A stretch of 36,431 bases of DNA from Bdellovibrionota bacterium (GCA_044345055.1 JBIJBT010000022.1:1-36431), one strand, 5' to 3'. Numbered from the stretch's first letter, positions 1 through 9,641 are shown. Notes: generated by a model from the letters alone, not told the origin. Program-made: numbers and translations.

Positions 1-144
1 TGCAATGAGCTTTCCTCGCTAGGGGGTGTTGCTATCGCGGTGTTGGATTTAAGGATTAAACAGTGCGAGCGTTTTTTTTTAAAAAGGTGAGTTTGTCGTA
101 GAAGCTAACAGCTAAATAGTTCCCCCTTAATATAAGGCTAGTTT

Positions 145-1125
145 ATGGCGCAAGGAACAGTTTTGTCGCATTCTCAAGCATCGAGCTTAATCGCCTCGGT
201 CGGCTTACTTGTCACCCTATTAATTTTCCAACTTTTAATCTTACTCAGCTCCACACCCGCTCTCGCCGCTCCATCGCATCCCATTCGTATCGACGGCTCG
301 AGCACCGTCTATCCAATCGTCGAAGCACTCGCTGAGGAGTACCAACAGGAGCACCCTGAAGCCGAGATCACAATTGGCGTATCCGGAACGGGTGGAGGTT
401 TTAAAAAGTTCTGCGCTGGAGAGCTTGATATCGCCACCGCCTCACGCCCCATACAGCCCGTGGAACGTAGTGCCTGTGAGAAAGGAGGAATCGCCTTCCG
501 AGAGATACCGATTGCAACCGATGCGATCGTCGTCGTTGTTCACCCCAAAAATAGCTGGGCGCAGTGCCTTACCACCGCTGAGCTCCGCACCCTCTGGGAG
601 CCTGCTGCTCAGGGTAAGCTCACGACCTGGCGGCAGCTTCGCCCAGATTTCCCCGACCGCCCCGTGACCCTGTACGGTCCAGGAACCGATTCCGGTACCT
701 TCGATTACTTCACCGAAGCAATAGTTGGAACCGCAAAGCAGAGCAGGGGAGATTACACAGCAAGTGAAGACGACAATGTTCTTATTCGCGGCGTCGCGGG
801 AGATCCAGGAGCACTCGGTTACTTTAGTATGGCGTACTATCTACAAAATCAGGAACAGCTCAGAGCCGTGGCGATTCGGGCTGTCGGCGATAATACCGCC
901 TGCGTAATGCCGAGCTCTGATGCGGTAAAGGCTGGTAACTACCGACCGCTCGCGAGGCCGCTATTTCTGTACGTGGCTGCCCCATCAAAGACCGCTGCGG
1001 CTGTTTCTGCGAGTAAGGGAACCAGCGAAGAGCTAAGCCGATTCGTAGAGTTCGCCACCAATCCCGAGCGTGGGACGTTGATTGAGGAACTTGGGTTTGT
1101 GCCGCATGGGGTGGTGGGTCGTTAG
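145..1125 (+). CDS. pstS: PstS-family phosphate ABC transporter substrate-binding protein
   Basis: Hydrophobic N-terminal signal region; PstS-family motifs IDGSSTVYP, SGTGGG, DIATASR, GPGTDSGTFDYF, YRPLARPLFLYV. Confidence 0.93.
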   Translation: MAQGTVLSHSQASSLIASVGLLVTLLIFQLLILLSSTPALAAPSHPIRIDGSSTVYPIVEALAEEYQQEHPEAEITIGVSGTGGGFKKFCAGELDIATASRPIQPVERSACEKGGIAFREIPIATDAIVVVVHPKNSWAQCLTTAELRTLWEPAAQGKLTTWRQLRPDFPDRPVTLYGPGTDSGTFDYFTEAIVGTAKQSRGDYTASEDDNVLIRGVAGDPGALGYFSMAYYLQNQEQLRAVAIRAVGDNTACVMPSSDAVKAGNYRPLARPLFLYVAAPSKTAAAVSASKGTSEELSRFVEFATNPERGTLIEELGFVPHGVVGR

Positions 1126-1219
1126 GTTTTTTTTCGTGATTATGCAAAATTTATGTAAGGGATAAGGGGGGGGAACCATAACTTTGGTAGGTGTCTTTGA
1201 GTTTTTAGGGGTGGATTTT

Positions 1220-2572
1220 ATGGCAGGCGTAGAAGGTGCTCGATCGAGTGAACAGGTAATCGGGTCGCGGACTTTTGGAGTAACTCAGGTTGATGGAAAT
1301 AATAAGGTTTATCGAAACGGTAAACGTGATCCGGTTAGCCAACCAACGAGTTCAGTCACGCCACCCGAGAGCATCAATAAAGAGCGGGAACTGCAAGGAA
1401 GTATTACAGCCGTAAATAACTTGCTTAAGTTAAGTCCAGATGGAAAAACTATAGTAGCTGGACAGTCTCAACTAAATACCCTCGGGCAGGCTCTTGAAAA
1501 GACAAGACAGACGGCCGAACTAAGTGCGTCGGTATTAACTAGAGGACTCTCAAATCCAAAAGACCCCAAATTGCAGGCTCAGGCAATAGCAACACTCCAA
1601 GCTGAGCTAATCAAAGAGCAATACGGTGGGAAGATTAAGCTGCCCAAGGAGGCTGAGGGGGCTGGTGCTCCGAAACCGGCTGAGAAAGAGGACGAAAAGC
1701 CGAAGCTGGCGCACACCCTTAAATTAAACGATAACGGAAAAGGAGAAGCGTCGAACCTGAAGGTTATGCTCAAACCGGAAGAGTATGATGTTTTTTTCAA
1801 ATCGCCACCATCCGACAAGCTTGACAGTCCGGCGGTGAGTATCTTTCGAAACCCCAAAGAGCAAGGTATAGCTTACATCGTCGTGAGCCGGAGAGACGCA
1901 ACCGGTAAGATTCAAAGCACGGAGGTGGCCTCTGTTACATCAGCGGATGCCCTGGGGAGCGATGGTGGTCACCCAAAAACTTTGACGGCTAAAATATTTA
2001 GCAAGGGAGGACAGGAGAAGTCTGGTCCAATGAGCCTCGAGGGGCTGGATGTTGCTGCACTGCGAAATGCTCTTCAAGATAACCTAAAAAAACCGGAACC
2101 GAAGAAGGATCCAGAGATTCCAGCAGAGGGGGGCGATAAAAAGGCTGGCCATCAGAGCAATCCGCAGGGAGGAACCGGTGGTGGTGCCGAGGGTGGCAGA
2201 AGCGATGCAACGCAATCAGCTAGCGGAGGCCCTACGACACCTACTCCGGCTGCTCCGAAACCCACTGCGATTATCGTCGATGGAGCTCTTAATAAGAGTG
2301 AGATGGTGAGGTTTCTAAATGCTGTTAATGAATCTAGTGGTTCTGTAAGTGTAACTGAAAAACTGAAGGAAAAGTTCCCTGATGCTACTGTTTCCGGAGA
2401 TAGAGATAAGGTCACACTAGTGTTCGATAAAGCGACAGTTCGTATTTCATGGAAGGATGGTTCTGCCTTGATAGAGTCCAGAGAGAATGAACATCAGCGT
2501 AAAGCATGGATAAAGGCATTCGAGCAGAAAATAGATGCGATTACAAAAGATCCGAAGCTAAGACGCCCGTAG
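1220..2572 (+). CDS. Hypothetical Lys/Glu/Pro/Gly-rich multi-domain orphan protein
   Basis: Long ORF (track 1184..2572); ATG at 1220 preceded by GGGGTGG; low-complexity linkers; no family motif recognised. Confidence 0.75.
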   Translation: MAGVEGARSSEQVIGSRTFGVTQVDGNNKVYRNGKRDPVSQPTSSVTPPESINKERELQGSITAVNNLLKLSPDGKTIVAGQSQLNTLGQALEKTRQTAELSASVLTRGLSNPKDPKLQAQAIATLQAELIKEQYGGKIKLPKEAEGAGAPKPAEKEDEKPKLAHTLKLNDNGKGEASNLKVMLKPEEYDVFFKSPPSDKLDSPAVSIFRNPKEQGIAYIVVSRRDATGKIQSTEVASVTSADALGSDGGHPKTLTAKIFSKGGQEKSGPMSLEGLDVAALRNALQDNLKKPEPKKDPEIPAEGGDKKAGHQSNPQGGTGGGAEGGRSDATQSASGGPTTPTPAAPKPTAIIVDGALNKSEMVRFLNAVNESSGSVSVTEKLKEKFPDATVSGDRDKVTLVFDKATVRISWKDGSALIESRENEHQRKAWIKAFEQKIDAITKDPKLRRP

Positions 2573-2584
2573 TAAGTGTCAGTC

Positions 2585-2798
2585 CAGCAGCGTCCTTAGT
2601 AAAATCCGCTTGAGATGATCGCACCCCCGCTGGTGCTGCTGATTCGCGACATTCAAAAGGTTAAGAGGCACCGTTTTTATGGCGTCCTTAACCTAATGCC
2701 AGTTCTCGTTTATTTGTGAGAGCTGGCAGAAAGCGGGTGGTTTTATTTGAGCTCCACTTGCAGACCAGGTCGGGCGCGACGGGGATCCGGTGGAGCTC
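2585..2798. other. Hairpin-dense spacer between convergent genes (bidirectional terminator region or structured RNA)
   Basis: Inverted repeats CAGCAGC 2585-2591/GCTGCTG 2635-2641; AGGTTAAG 2658-2665/CTTAACCT 2687-2694; TGCCAGTTCTC 2697-2707/GAGAGCTGGCA 2718-2728; GAGCTCCAC 2749-2757/GTGGAGCTC 2790-2798. Confidence 0.55.
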
Positions 2799-2822
2799 TG
2801 TGAGCAGAGCAGTGAGGGGGGA

Positions 2823-4244
2823 CTATCTTCTTTTGGTTAAGCCTAGATTCTGCGGATTAAGCGGCAGAAGTTCGTCGGGGATAGTATCCTGAAGGGCTAG
2901 GACTTCTCCTTTCTTTGGTTCGTAGCCAGCATCGAGGGCATTCCGATATAACGCCTGAAGCCGGAGGCGAGTTTCGATTGGGAGAAGTTGAGAATTTGCG
3001 TGGGATCGGGCCTCTTGAGATCGGTTTGTGTTTCTTAATTCTCGGTGGGCGCGGAGAAGTTCTTTGTATTCTTCCTCTAGGATTGGGACTGCATCCTGAT
3101 TCCGTTCTTTAGCTTCCTTTAGTCGCTTGGTTATTACTTCGTTGGGATCCTTAAGAGTCCTCTTTACTACTGGAGTTAAAGTGTCGAGACTTTCAAGTAC
3201 TCCGCTGTATACTCTGTTCCGTATTTCGCGGGCTATAGCTTTTTGGGCATCTGTTTCAGCGAGCTTGAATAATTCACCTAGTTTACCCTCCATCCGAACT
3301 AAACCCGACATCACCAGATTACTCCGGAGCTGCTCGCTGTGAAGCGGGGCATGGCGTTGACTCTCTTCCCACGGGGCATAGATTATACCCTCGACTGAGA
3401 AATCAATGACGGTGGGTTCCTTTTTTGAAAATCTGAGAAAATGATGTTGACCCTGAACTCGCTCAAGTATCTTTACACATGTACCGACGAACTTGTCCTC
3501 TTGAGATGGTGAAGTCCCCGTTGTGCTCTCGGTTGCATCGTAGAGTTCGATCCAACGTTCAAGGATGGATTTAGAGTGCGGACTCAGTTCAAATGGATAG
3601 CGGTCAAATGCAGTTTCTAGTGATTCGAGGCTTAGGCTATTTATATTTTCAAGTAAAGGCTCTCTAATATCTTGCATTGCACTTTTGAAATCGCCCCCGT
3701 TTTCTGCAAAGTGCAATGCCAAAGCCGCTGATCGTACAAATATAAGACGCTCAAGATCGGCGCTTGATTCCTCTGTGTGATTGCCTCTCTTTTCGGCTCG
3801 TTCGCGGACGGTCGAGAACTCTCCGACTAACACTTCACCTAGATCATGGATAAACCCGGCGATTGCGCCGTCCTGCTTGAATTGAATGAGCTCTCTACCT
3901 AACTCTCCGCTCAATTCATTTCCTTCCTTTAATGACACCGCATCCGCTACAGCAATCACCAACCGCGCAACGTGGACGCTATGAGTTCCTGATTCTTCAC
4001 CCACCCCTTGAGCAAAGGTCGTCTCACCCCGGAACCTATTTGCGTATTGGAGTTCGTCGACGAGAGAACTCAGCGCCGTTTGGGCTACATTATCAATCGA
4101 GAGTTCGCCGTACGAAAGAACATTCTGAATGCCCTCCGGAATGCTTCTATTTGGCTGTTCGTGACCGGTCTTTGCTACGAGGGTATCAAGATAGGTTTTC
4201 TCACTAAACGGAACGGCAAAACCGGCGTGCATAAGTTCTCTCAA
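2823..4244 (-). CDS. HD-domain protein (YfbR/HDDC2-like N-terminal domain) with long unknown C-terminal extension
   Basis: R...EESGTHSVHV and IHDLGE motifs typical of the YfbR/HD_3 group; start could be the ATG at 4229. Confidence 0.7.
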   Translation of the reverse strand: MRELMHAGFAVPFSEKTYLDTLVAKTGHEQPNRSIPEGIQNVLSYGELSIDNVAQTALSSLVDELQYANRFRGETTFAQGVGEESGTHSVHVARLVIAVADAVSLKEGNELSGELGRELIQFKQDGAIAGFIHDLGEVLVGEFSTVRERAEKRGNHTEESSADLERLIFVRSAALALHFAENGGDFKSAMQDIREPLLENINSLSLESLETAFDRYPFELSPHSKSILERWIELYDATESTTGTSPSQEDKFVGTCVKILERVQGQHHFLRFSKKEPTVIDFSVEGIIYAPWEESQRHAPLHSEQLRSNLVMSGLVRMEGKLGELFKLAETDAQKAIAREIRNRVYSGVLESLDTLTPVVKRTLKDPNEVITKRLKEAKERNQDAVPILEEEYKELLRAHRELRNTNRSQEARSHANSQLLPIETRLRLQALYRNALDAGYEPKKGEVLALQDTIPDELLPLNPQNLGLTKRR

Positions 4245-4443
4245 GAAATTTCAAAAAATTGGGTCAGCTATAAGTGACTTCAGACGCGAAGCAATAACCG
4301 AATAGCCTGACGTTGGGAAGACTAGCCAAGCCAGACAGTGAGATCAAGAGCGGGAATAATCGCTAACAAAAAATTGATAAAAGCGAGACGATCCTTCAGC
4401 GATCTCCACTCCACTCCACCTCCCGACATCTCCTCTCCGCACC

Positions 4444-5178
4444 TTACACTCCCCCTGTTCGATCCCCTCGCACCACAACCGGAGATCCCACCCGCGCGGT
4501 GGCGCCTAATCTGCGAGCCAATGCTTCCCATTGCTCTGAAACCTGCCTTCTTCCGAGGGCGCGATGGGCTGCCATTGGGAGAACGTATTGGCGAACCTCC
4601 TGGGTGGTTGAAAATCCTGCATCTTTTAGTACATCTCGCACCTCGCTATCCCAAAAGAGTCGGTAGGGGCGAGTTGTTTTTTCTATCATCAATTTTAATT
4701 GATATAAGGCTCCGCTGACGATATTCACGCTCTTTGCTGAAGGGTAATCAATTATAACGGCGCTCCCCGCGACGCGGCAGAGCTCTCTTAAATAGCCGCG
4801 CCAGTCATCGACATGAGGCAAAATACGAAATGATACGACGGCGTCAAATGATGCGGTATCGTAGGGAAGTGTGTCGAGGGGGCCCTCGCTCCACGAGCAG
4901 CGCCCCGACGCGATAAATGGGGCAGCTCTTCCCTGTGCTGCGACACAGCTTCCATGAATCGTAACGTTATAGCCAGCCTCTAGTAAAAATGGGGTGAGTT
5001 GAGCGTGACCGCCACCAACATCGAGGACTGAGCTTGCTGAAGGAAGGGTGAGAAGCTCGGCAAGAGCGCGACGTTGAACATCGAGCATCCAGTTTCCAAT
5101 TTCGCCCGAAAAGCGGGATGCGTAGAGATCGGTGGATGAGTCGAGATCGCACCAGGAGCGCGGTTCTTCTAATTGCAT
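4444..5178 (-). CDS. Class I SAM-dependent methyltransferase
   Basis: VLDVGGGHA motif I, LPY..ASFDAVVS..ILPH motifs; ATG at 5178 chosen to avoid overlap with the upstream epimerase. Confidence 0.88.
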   Translation of the reverse strand: MQLEEPRSWCDLDSSTDLYASRFSGEIGNWMLDVQRRALAELLTLPSASSVLDVGGGHAQLTPFLLEAGYNVTIHGSCVAAQGRAAPFIASGRCSWSEGPLDTLPYDTASFDAVVSFRILPHVDDWRGYLRELCRVAGSAVIIDYPSAKSVNIVSGALYQLKLMIEKTTRPYRLFWDSEVRDVLKDAGFSTTQEVRQYVLPMAAHRALGRRQVSEQWEALARRLGATARVGSPVVVRGDRTGGV

Positions 5179-5225
5179 AACGATTCTTTTTCGATTTGAC
5201 GCTATCGTTTTTTTGGGGCGGCTGT

Positions 5226-6248
5226 CTAGATTGAGCCTTTCTTTGAACCGTTTGCGCGGGGTGAAACCCATCCATTATCGCGATACCATCGAGCAACAAA
5301 ACGAATCTCCTCCTCAACGGGAAGAGTGGGAGAATAGCCGAAATCGCGCTGCGCTCGGGAGCAATCAAAACTTCTGTTTTTTATGAAAAAGTCGGCGCGC
5401 CGACGGTGGATTGGTGGTTCGATGCGCAACGGTAGGCAGAGCGCCTCGACTGCTGAGCCGAGCAGCTGTATCGGGAGAACGGGTATCCTAAAGGGAAGAA
5501 GAGAGACTCCGTATTCATCGGCGATAATCTTCATTGATTGTTCAAGAGAGATCGGATGAGCTCCTCCGACGATGTAGAGGTTGCCGGAACTTGCTGGCGA
5601 TTGAGCGGCGAGAAAAAAGGCGCGAGCAACGTCTCGAGCGAGCACCCAGTGACACCAGGTTTTGCCGCTGCCGATAATCGGTAAAGTTCGTCGTGCGATT
5701 CCTCGAAAGAGCTTAAGTAGTCGGGTATCACGGGGGCCATACACCATCGCGGGACGAATCACTGAGCCCGTAATTTGGCCCGATCGGAATCTTTCGAGTG
5801 CAAGTTTTTCTGCATCTGTCTTACTCTCCTGATAAACATCAAGAGGAGCGTACGGAGTGGTTTCATCTGCAGGTGGTGATTTCACATCGCCAAGCACACC
5901 AGTGGTACTGCAGTATCCAACGTATCGGACCGAATCGATCTCGCCGCAAAGATCGAGCACATTTTTGGTGCCTTCAAGATTTACTCGCCAGTATTCGCTC
6001 GATGGAAATTTTGCCTCACGAAAGAGCGCGGCAAGATGAAAAACCGCATCGCAATCACGCATCGCAGCACGGAGCGAATCGCGATCGGTGATATCACCCT
6101 CTGCAAGTTCTACCGGGAGAGTGCGAAGAAATGAGGTATTGCTTCCTCTTCGGTGAAGGGCGCGAACGGTTATCCCCTGAGACACAAGCTCTTCGCAGAG
6201 GGTGCTTCCAATAAATCCGGTAGCTCCGGTAATAAGTGCTTGTTTCAT
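5226..6248 (-). CDS. NAD-dependent epimerase/dehydratase (extended SDR)
   Basis: ITGATGFIG Rossmann motif, FHLAA, YQESK catalytic YxxxK, RPAMVYGP. Confidence 0.93.
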   Translation of the reverse strand: MKQALITGATGFIGSTLCEELVSQGITVRALHRRGSNTSFLRTLPVELAEGDITDRDSLRAAMRDCDAVFHLAALFREAKFPSSEYWRVNLEGTKNVLDLCGEIDSVRYVGYCSTTGVLGDVKSPPADETTPYAPLDVYQESKTDAEKLALERFRSGQITGSVIRPAMVYGPRDTRLLKLFRGIARRTLPIIGSGKTWCHWVLARDVARAFFLAAQSPASSGNLYIVGGAHPISLEQSMKIIADEYGVSLLPFRIPVLPIQLLGSAVEALCLPLRIEPPIHRRRADFFIKNRSFDCSRAQRDFGYSPTLPVEEEIRFVARWYRDNGWVSPRANGSKKGSI

Positions 6249-6522
6249 GTGTCAACGGTTGGAAAAAAATGGTGGAAAAAAGTTGCTCCACGATGGAGAG
6301 AATCAACCTATTGGGTTAATCGAGCACATTAACAACTTATTTCTTATCGCCGATACTACCCTTAAATCGAGCGATAGTGTACCCAATGAAAAATAATTTA
6401 GCTGTCATTCCTCACTGTTGGTTCTTTCTTTATTACTGTGACATTTAGCAGGAAGGACCATTTATGCTGAGCTATCAGGTTTGTAAAAATGATTTCTTGT
6501 TAACCGAAGTTTATCGAACCAT

Positions 6523-6571
6523 AACAAAATAAGGGCTCCGTTGTCATCGAATCGATGACAACGGAGCCCTT
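6523..6571 (-). terminator. Probable intrinsic terminator of amtB (perfect 20-bp inverted repeat)
   Basis: AAGGGCTCCGTTGTCATCGA (6531-6550) + A + exact reverse complement (6552-6571), 27 nt after the amtB stop; followed on the minus strand by ATTTTGTT. Confidence 0.75.
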
Positions 6572-6598
6572 TGCACCTGTAGATTATGGTCTGTTACC

Positions 6599-7903
6599 TT
6601 ATCCTTCCACGACTTCGCCGTGCTGGGTTTGGTCGAGACCCTTTTCTTCATCCTCGGGTGATGGACGGAGACCCATTACGGCATCTATGACCTTGAGAAT
6701 TACAAAAGTCATAACGAAGCAGAATGCGCCAACTATCAAAACCGCTTTTAACTGAGTCATGAAAAACTCAGATCCGCCATCGGTTGCAGCCGCGTTAATC
6801 GACTTCGATGAAAGAAGGCCCGTTGCTAAAACGCCCACTATTCCGCTAATTCCGTGACAAGCGAACACATCGAGGGTGTCATCAAGCTTCGATTTTGCTC
6901 GTATACTTGTTACTCCGAACGAAATTATCGAAGTCGCTGCACCTATCGCGAGTGCACTGAAGTGGTCAATAAAGCCCGCTGCTGGGGTTACCGCAGCTAA
7001 GCCGACGACCATTGCGATGCAGGTCCCAACAAGAGTTGGTTTTCCTCTAGCTGCCCATTCAGAGGCCATCCACACAACAGCAGCTGCTGCTGCGGCAAAA
7101 TGGGTATTGGCAAAAGCGAGCGCTGCGATATCATTTGATCCGATCGCAGATCCTGCGTTAAAGCCGAACCAGCCGAACCAAAGAACTGCTGTTCCCATCA
7201 TCACGAGTACGGGTGAGTAGGGAACAGCCTCGGTCTTTCCATAATCGACCCGTGGACCGAATACGAGCGCCGCAGCGAGTGCAGATACACCAGCAGAGAG
7301 ATGCACAACCAAGCCGCCCGCGAAATCGAGCACGCCCTGCGTTCGGAGCATCCCGCCAACTCCCCAAACCCAGTGAGCGAGAGGAGAGTAAATCAGGAGG
7401 GACCATGCAATGATAAACACAAGGTACGAGCTAAACTTCATTCTCTCGGCAAATGCTCCAGTTACCAAGGGCGGAGTGATGACCGCAAACATACATTGAA
7501 AAACCATGAAGAGATTATGTGGAACCGTGGGAGCGTAGTCGGGATTTGCGCTTTGTCCTACTCCTCGGAGGAAAGCCCAGTCAAAGCCGCCGATCCAACC
7601 TCCATGTGTTGGACTAAAGGCGAGGGAGTAGCCAACCACTAACCAAAGCACCGAGAGAACAGGAATCGCCACCATCGACTGCATGATCGTTGAGAGGACG
7701 TTTTTCCTTCGAACCATTCCACCGTAGAAAAGAGCAAGCCCTGGTGTCATAAAGAGCACAAGTGCGGTGCTTACAATCATCCAGGCGATGTCGCCGCTGT
7801 TAAGTGTCGGTGTGGCGGCTGCATCTTGGGCTAAGACACTAGAGGTTTTCAGGAGCAGAACGCTAAGAAGAACTCCGGGATGGCGCCAATATTTGATGTT
7901 CAT
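6599..7903 (-). CDS. amtB: Ammonium transporter AmtB
   Basis: LFMTPGLALFYGG, FQCMFA, DFAGGLVVH, WFGWFGFNAGS, DDTLDVFACHG motifs; ATG at 7903 with AGGA upstream (the upstream part of the track ORF is not protein-like). Confidence 0.96.
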   Translation of the reverse strand: MNIKYWRHPGVLLSVLLLKTSSVLAQDAAATPTLNSGDIAWMIVSTALVLFMTPGLALFYGGMVRRKNVLSTIMQSMVAIPVLSVLWLVVGYSLAFSPTHGGWIGGFDWAFLRGVGQSANPDYAPTVPHNLFMVFQCMFAVITPPLVTGAFAERMKFSSYLVFIIAWSLLIYSPLAHWVWGVGGMLRTQGVLDFAGGLVVHLSAGVSALAAALVFGPRVDYGKTEAVPYSPVLVMMGTAVLWFGWFGFNAGSAIGSNDIAALAFANTHFAAAAAAVVWMASEWAARGKPTLVGTCIAMVVGLAAVTPAAGFIDHFSALAIGAATSIISFGVTSIRAKSKLDDTLDVFACHGISGIVGVLATGLLSSKSINAAATDGGSEFFMTQLKAVLIVGAFCFVMTFVILKVIDAVMGLRPSPEDEEKGLDQTQHGEVVEG

Positions 7904-8274
7904 GCAATTTCCTGAATAAAGGGTACGGGGAAAGAGACCGCGATGGCTAACGGCCGAGGGAGCTCTACTAAATTCCATTACGTCAAACGGCACCGAGCAC
8001 CGCTTCTTTGCGCGAGCTCGGTTCCGAGCAAAGGTATCGGCTAAACCGATTGGATGCTTGATAGTTCTCCTGCATTTCGTCGTAACGAATAGCAGCCCGG
8101 AAAACGTAACGCGGTTATGATTTGAGTGGTTGTGATTCCTTTCGCACTTCCTCAATCATTGTTGAAGCGGAGGTAGGGGAGTGGTGTTATCTGAAAACTC
8201 ACGATACTATCGACCGATTGTAGGTGATGGTCGAGCGGAAGAGGTGAGTGTAAAAGAAAGGGAGAATCGAGAAA

Positions 8275-9537
8275 ATGACAAACGCTGTAATTGAAACTCT
8301 CCTCAACGGACTTACCGTTATGTTTGAGTCGATGCCTCATTTGAGATCGGTGGCGTACGATCTCTCGATCCCGGGGGGGCTTTTGCTCGATGGTGTGGGC
8401 CAGATTGGTGGTGGTTCGATAACTCAGGAGCTTATCACCCGCGGTGCGGCTGGCTTGAACGCCTTTGAACTTTCAAACCGATTCGATGAGGCCGGTATTG
8501 CGCACGGAGAGTCCGCTGGATACGACCGGATCTCTTTTTCAGGTGCGTGTCTTCCTGAATCGCTAGGCAAAGCGCTCGGGCTCGTTGCCGATATGGTGCT
8601 AAGACCGACCCTCGACGAAGAGGAGCTTCCCGGTATCAAGGGTGTAATGCTCCAAGATATCGGATCAATCAGCGATTCTCCCGCTCGCCACGCATCGCTC
8701 TCATTTGACCAGGTGTACCTTCCTGAGCCTTTTAATCGTCCCTCATGTGGAAGGTTATCTGATATCGAGCAGTTCGACGGAAATTCTGCTCGTCAGGTGT
8801 GGGAGCGACTTTATCGGCCAAAGGGGGCGTGTCTCTCAATTGCGGGCAATTTCGATCGGAGCGCTTTACTTGCGGAGATTAATCGGTGGTTCGGTGATTG
8901 GAGTGGCGAAGGGGCGGTGGTGCCAAAAGGTGGGAGCCTAAGTAGTCAAAACTCCTTTTTCGTCCGTTCTCCCTCGGAGCAGGTCCAGATTTTTGTCGCA
9001 TACCCTTCCGCTCCATTTCTTGGTGAACACTACTATGCCGCACGGGTGGTAAATGTTGTGCTGTCTGGGGGGATGTTCGGTCGCTTGTTCGTTGAGGTTC
9101 GGGAGAAGCGTGGGCTCTGTTATTCGGTTTATTCAACCCACATCGGGCGTGGGCAATTTGGGTATGTGCGGGCGTACGCTGGCACGACACCTGATCGAGC
9201 GCAGGCAACGCTCGAGGTGCTCACCAATGAATTAGGAGCAGTGCGTGGGACCGTGACGGTGGAGGAACTTAGCCGGGCCAAGGAGAACCTAAAAGCATCG
9301 TTGGTCATGAATCTTGAGTCGCCGTCGGCGCGAGCTTCGACGAATGTAAGTGAATGGTGGTTGTCGGGGCGGGTTCGATCGATTGCAGAGATTGAGGCGG
9401 GAGTTGAGGCGGTTTCGCTTGAGTCTATTGATGAATACTGCGAGTGCTATCGACCGAGCGATGCATCGGTTTTGACCCTGGGGCCAGAGCCGTTGGTCAG
9501 TGATGCGCAAGAGGTTATTCTCTCGGTCGCGTCGTAG
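8275..9537 (+). CDS. M16 family peptidase-like protein, non-catalytic subunit
   Basis: GGMFGRLFVEVREKRGLCYSV M16C motif; lacks HxxEH (TQELITRG at that position). Confidence 0.9.
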   Translation: MTNAVIETLLNGLTVMFESMPHLRSVAYDLSIPGGLLLDGVGQIGGGSITQELITRGAAGLNAFELSNRFDEAGIAHGESAGYDRISFSGACLPESLGKALGLVADMVLRPTLDEEELPGIKGVMLQDIGSISDSPARHASLSFDQVYLPEPFNRPSCGRLSDIEQFDGNSARQVWERLYRPKGACLSIAGNFDRSALLAEINRWFGDWSGEGAVVPKGGSLSSQNSFFVRSPSEQVQIFVAYPSAPFLGEHYYAARVVNVVLSGGMFGRLFVEVREKRGLCYSVYSTHIGRGQFGYVRAYAGTTPDRAQATLEVLTNELGAVRGTVTVEELSRAKENLKASLVMNLESPSARASTNVSEWWLSGRVRSIAEIEAGVEAVSLESIDEYCECYRPSDASVLTLGPEPLVSDAQEVILSVAS

Positions 9538-9641
9538 AGTTGTAACAGAAGGCGTTACATTTAGATTTAAGTGCGGAGAGTAAGTAGAGGAGCGCAACGG
9601 CGGTCTTGGGGGCAAACGGTTGTGTGGACATGAGGAGTGAC

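Noticed and set aside
2749..2798. SRP RNA or tRNA-Sec in the convergent spacer
   Set aside because: Lacks the CAGG-GGAA-AGCAG helix-8 motif and tRNA loops.
4322..4718. Short ORFs 4322..4531 and 4338..4718, and the many other 60-170 aa ORFs overlapping called genes
   Set aside because: Shadow ORFs overlapping well-supported genes, with no recognisable motifs.
8081..8111. CGTAACG direct repeat or sigma-54 promoter upstream of amtB
   Set aside because: A 7-bp repeat with 24-bp period does not match a regulator box I know, and no GG-N10-GC in TGGCAC...TTGC context was seen.
7904..8155. 84-aa N-terminal extension of AmtB in the ORF track
   Set aside because: Not protein-like. The ATG at 7903 has an SD and precedes a signal-peptide-like segment, giving a normal-sized AmtB.
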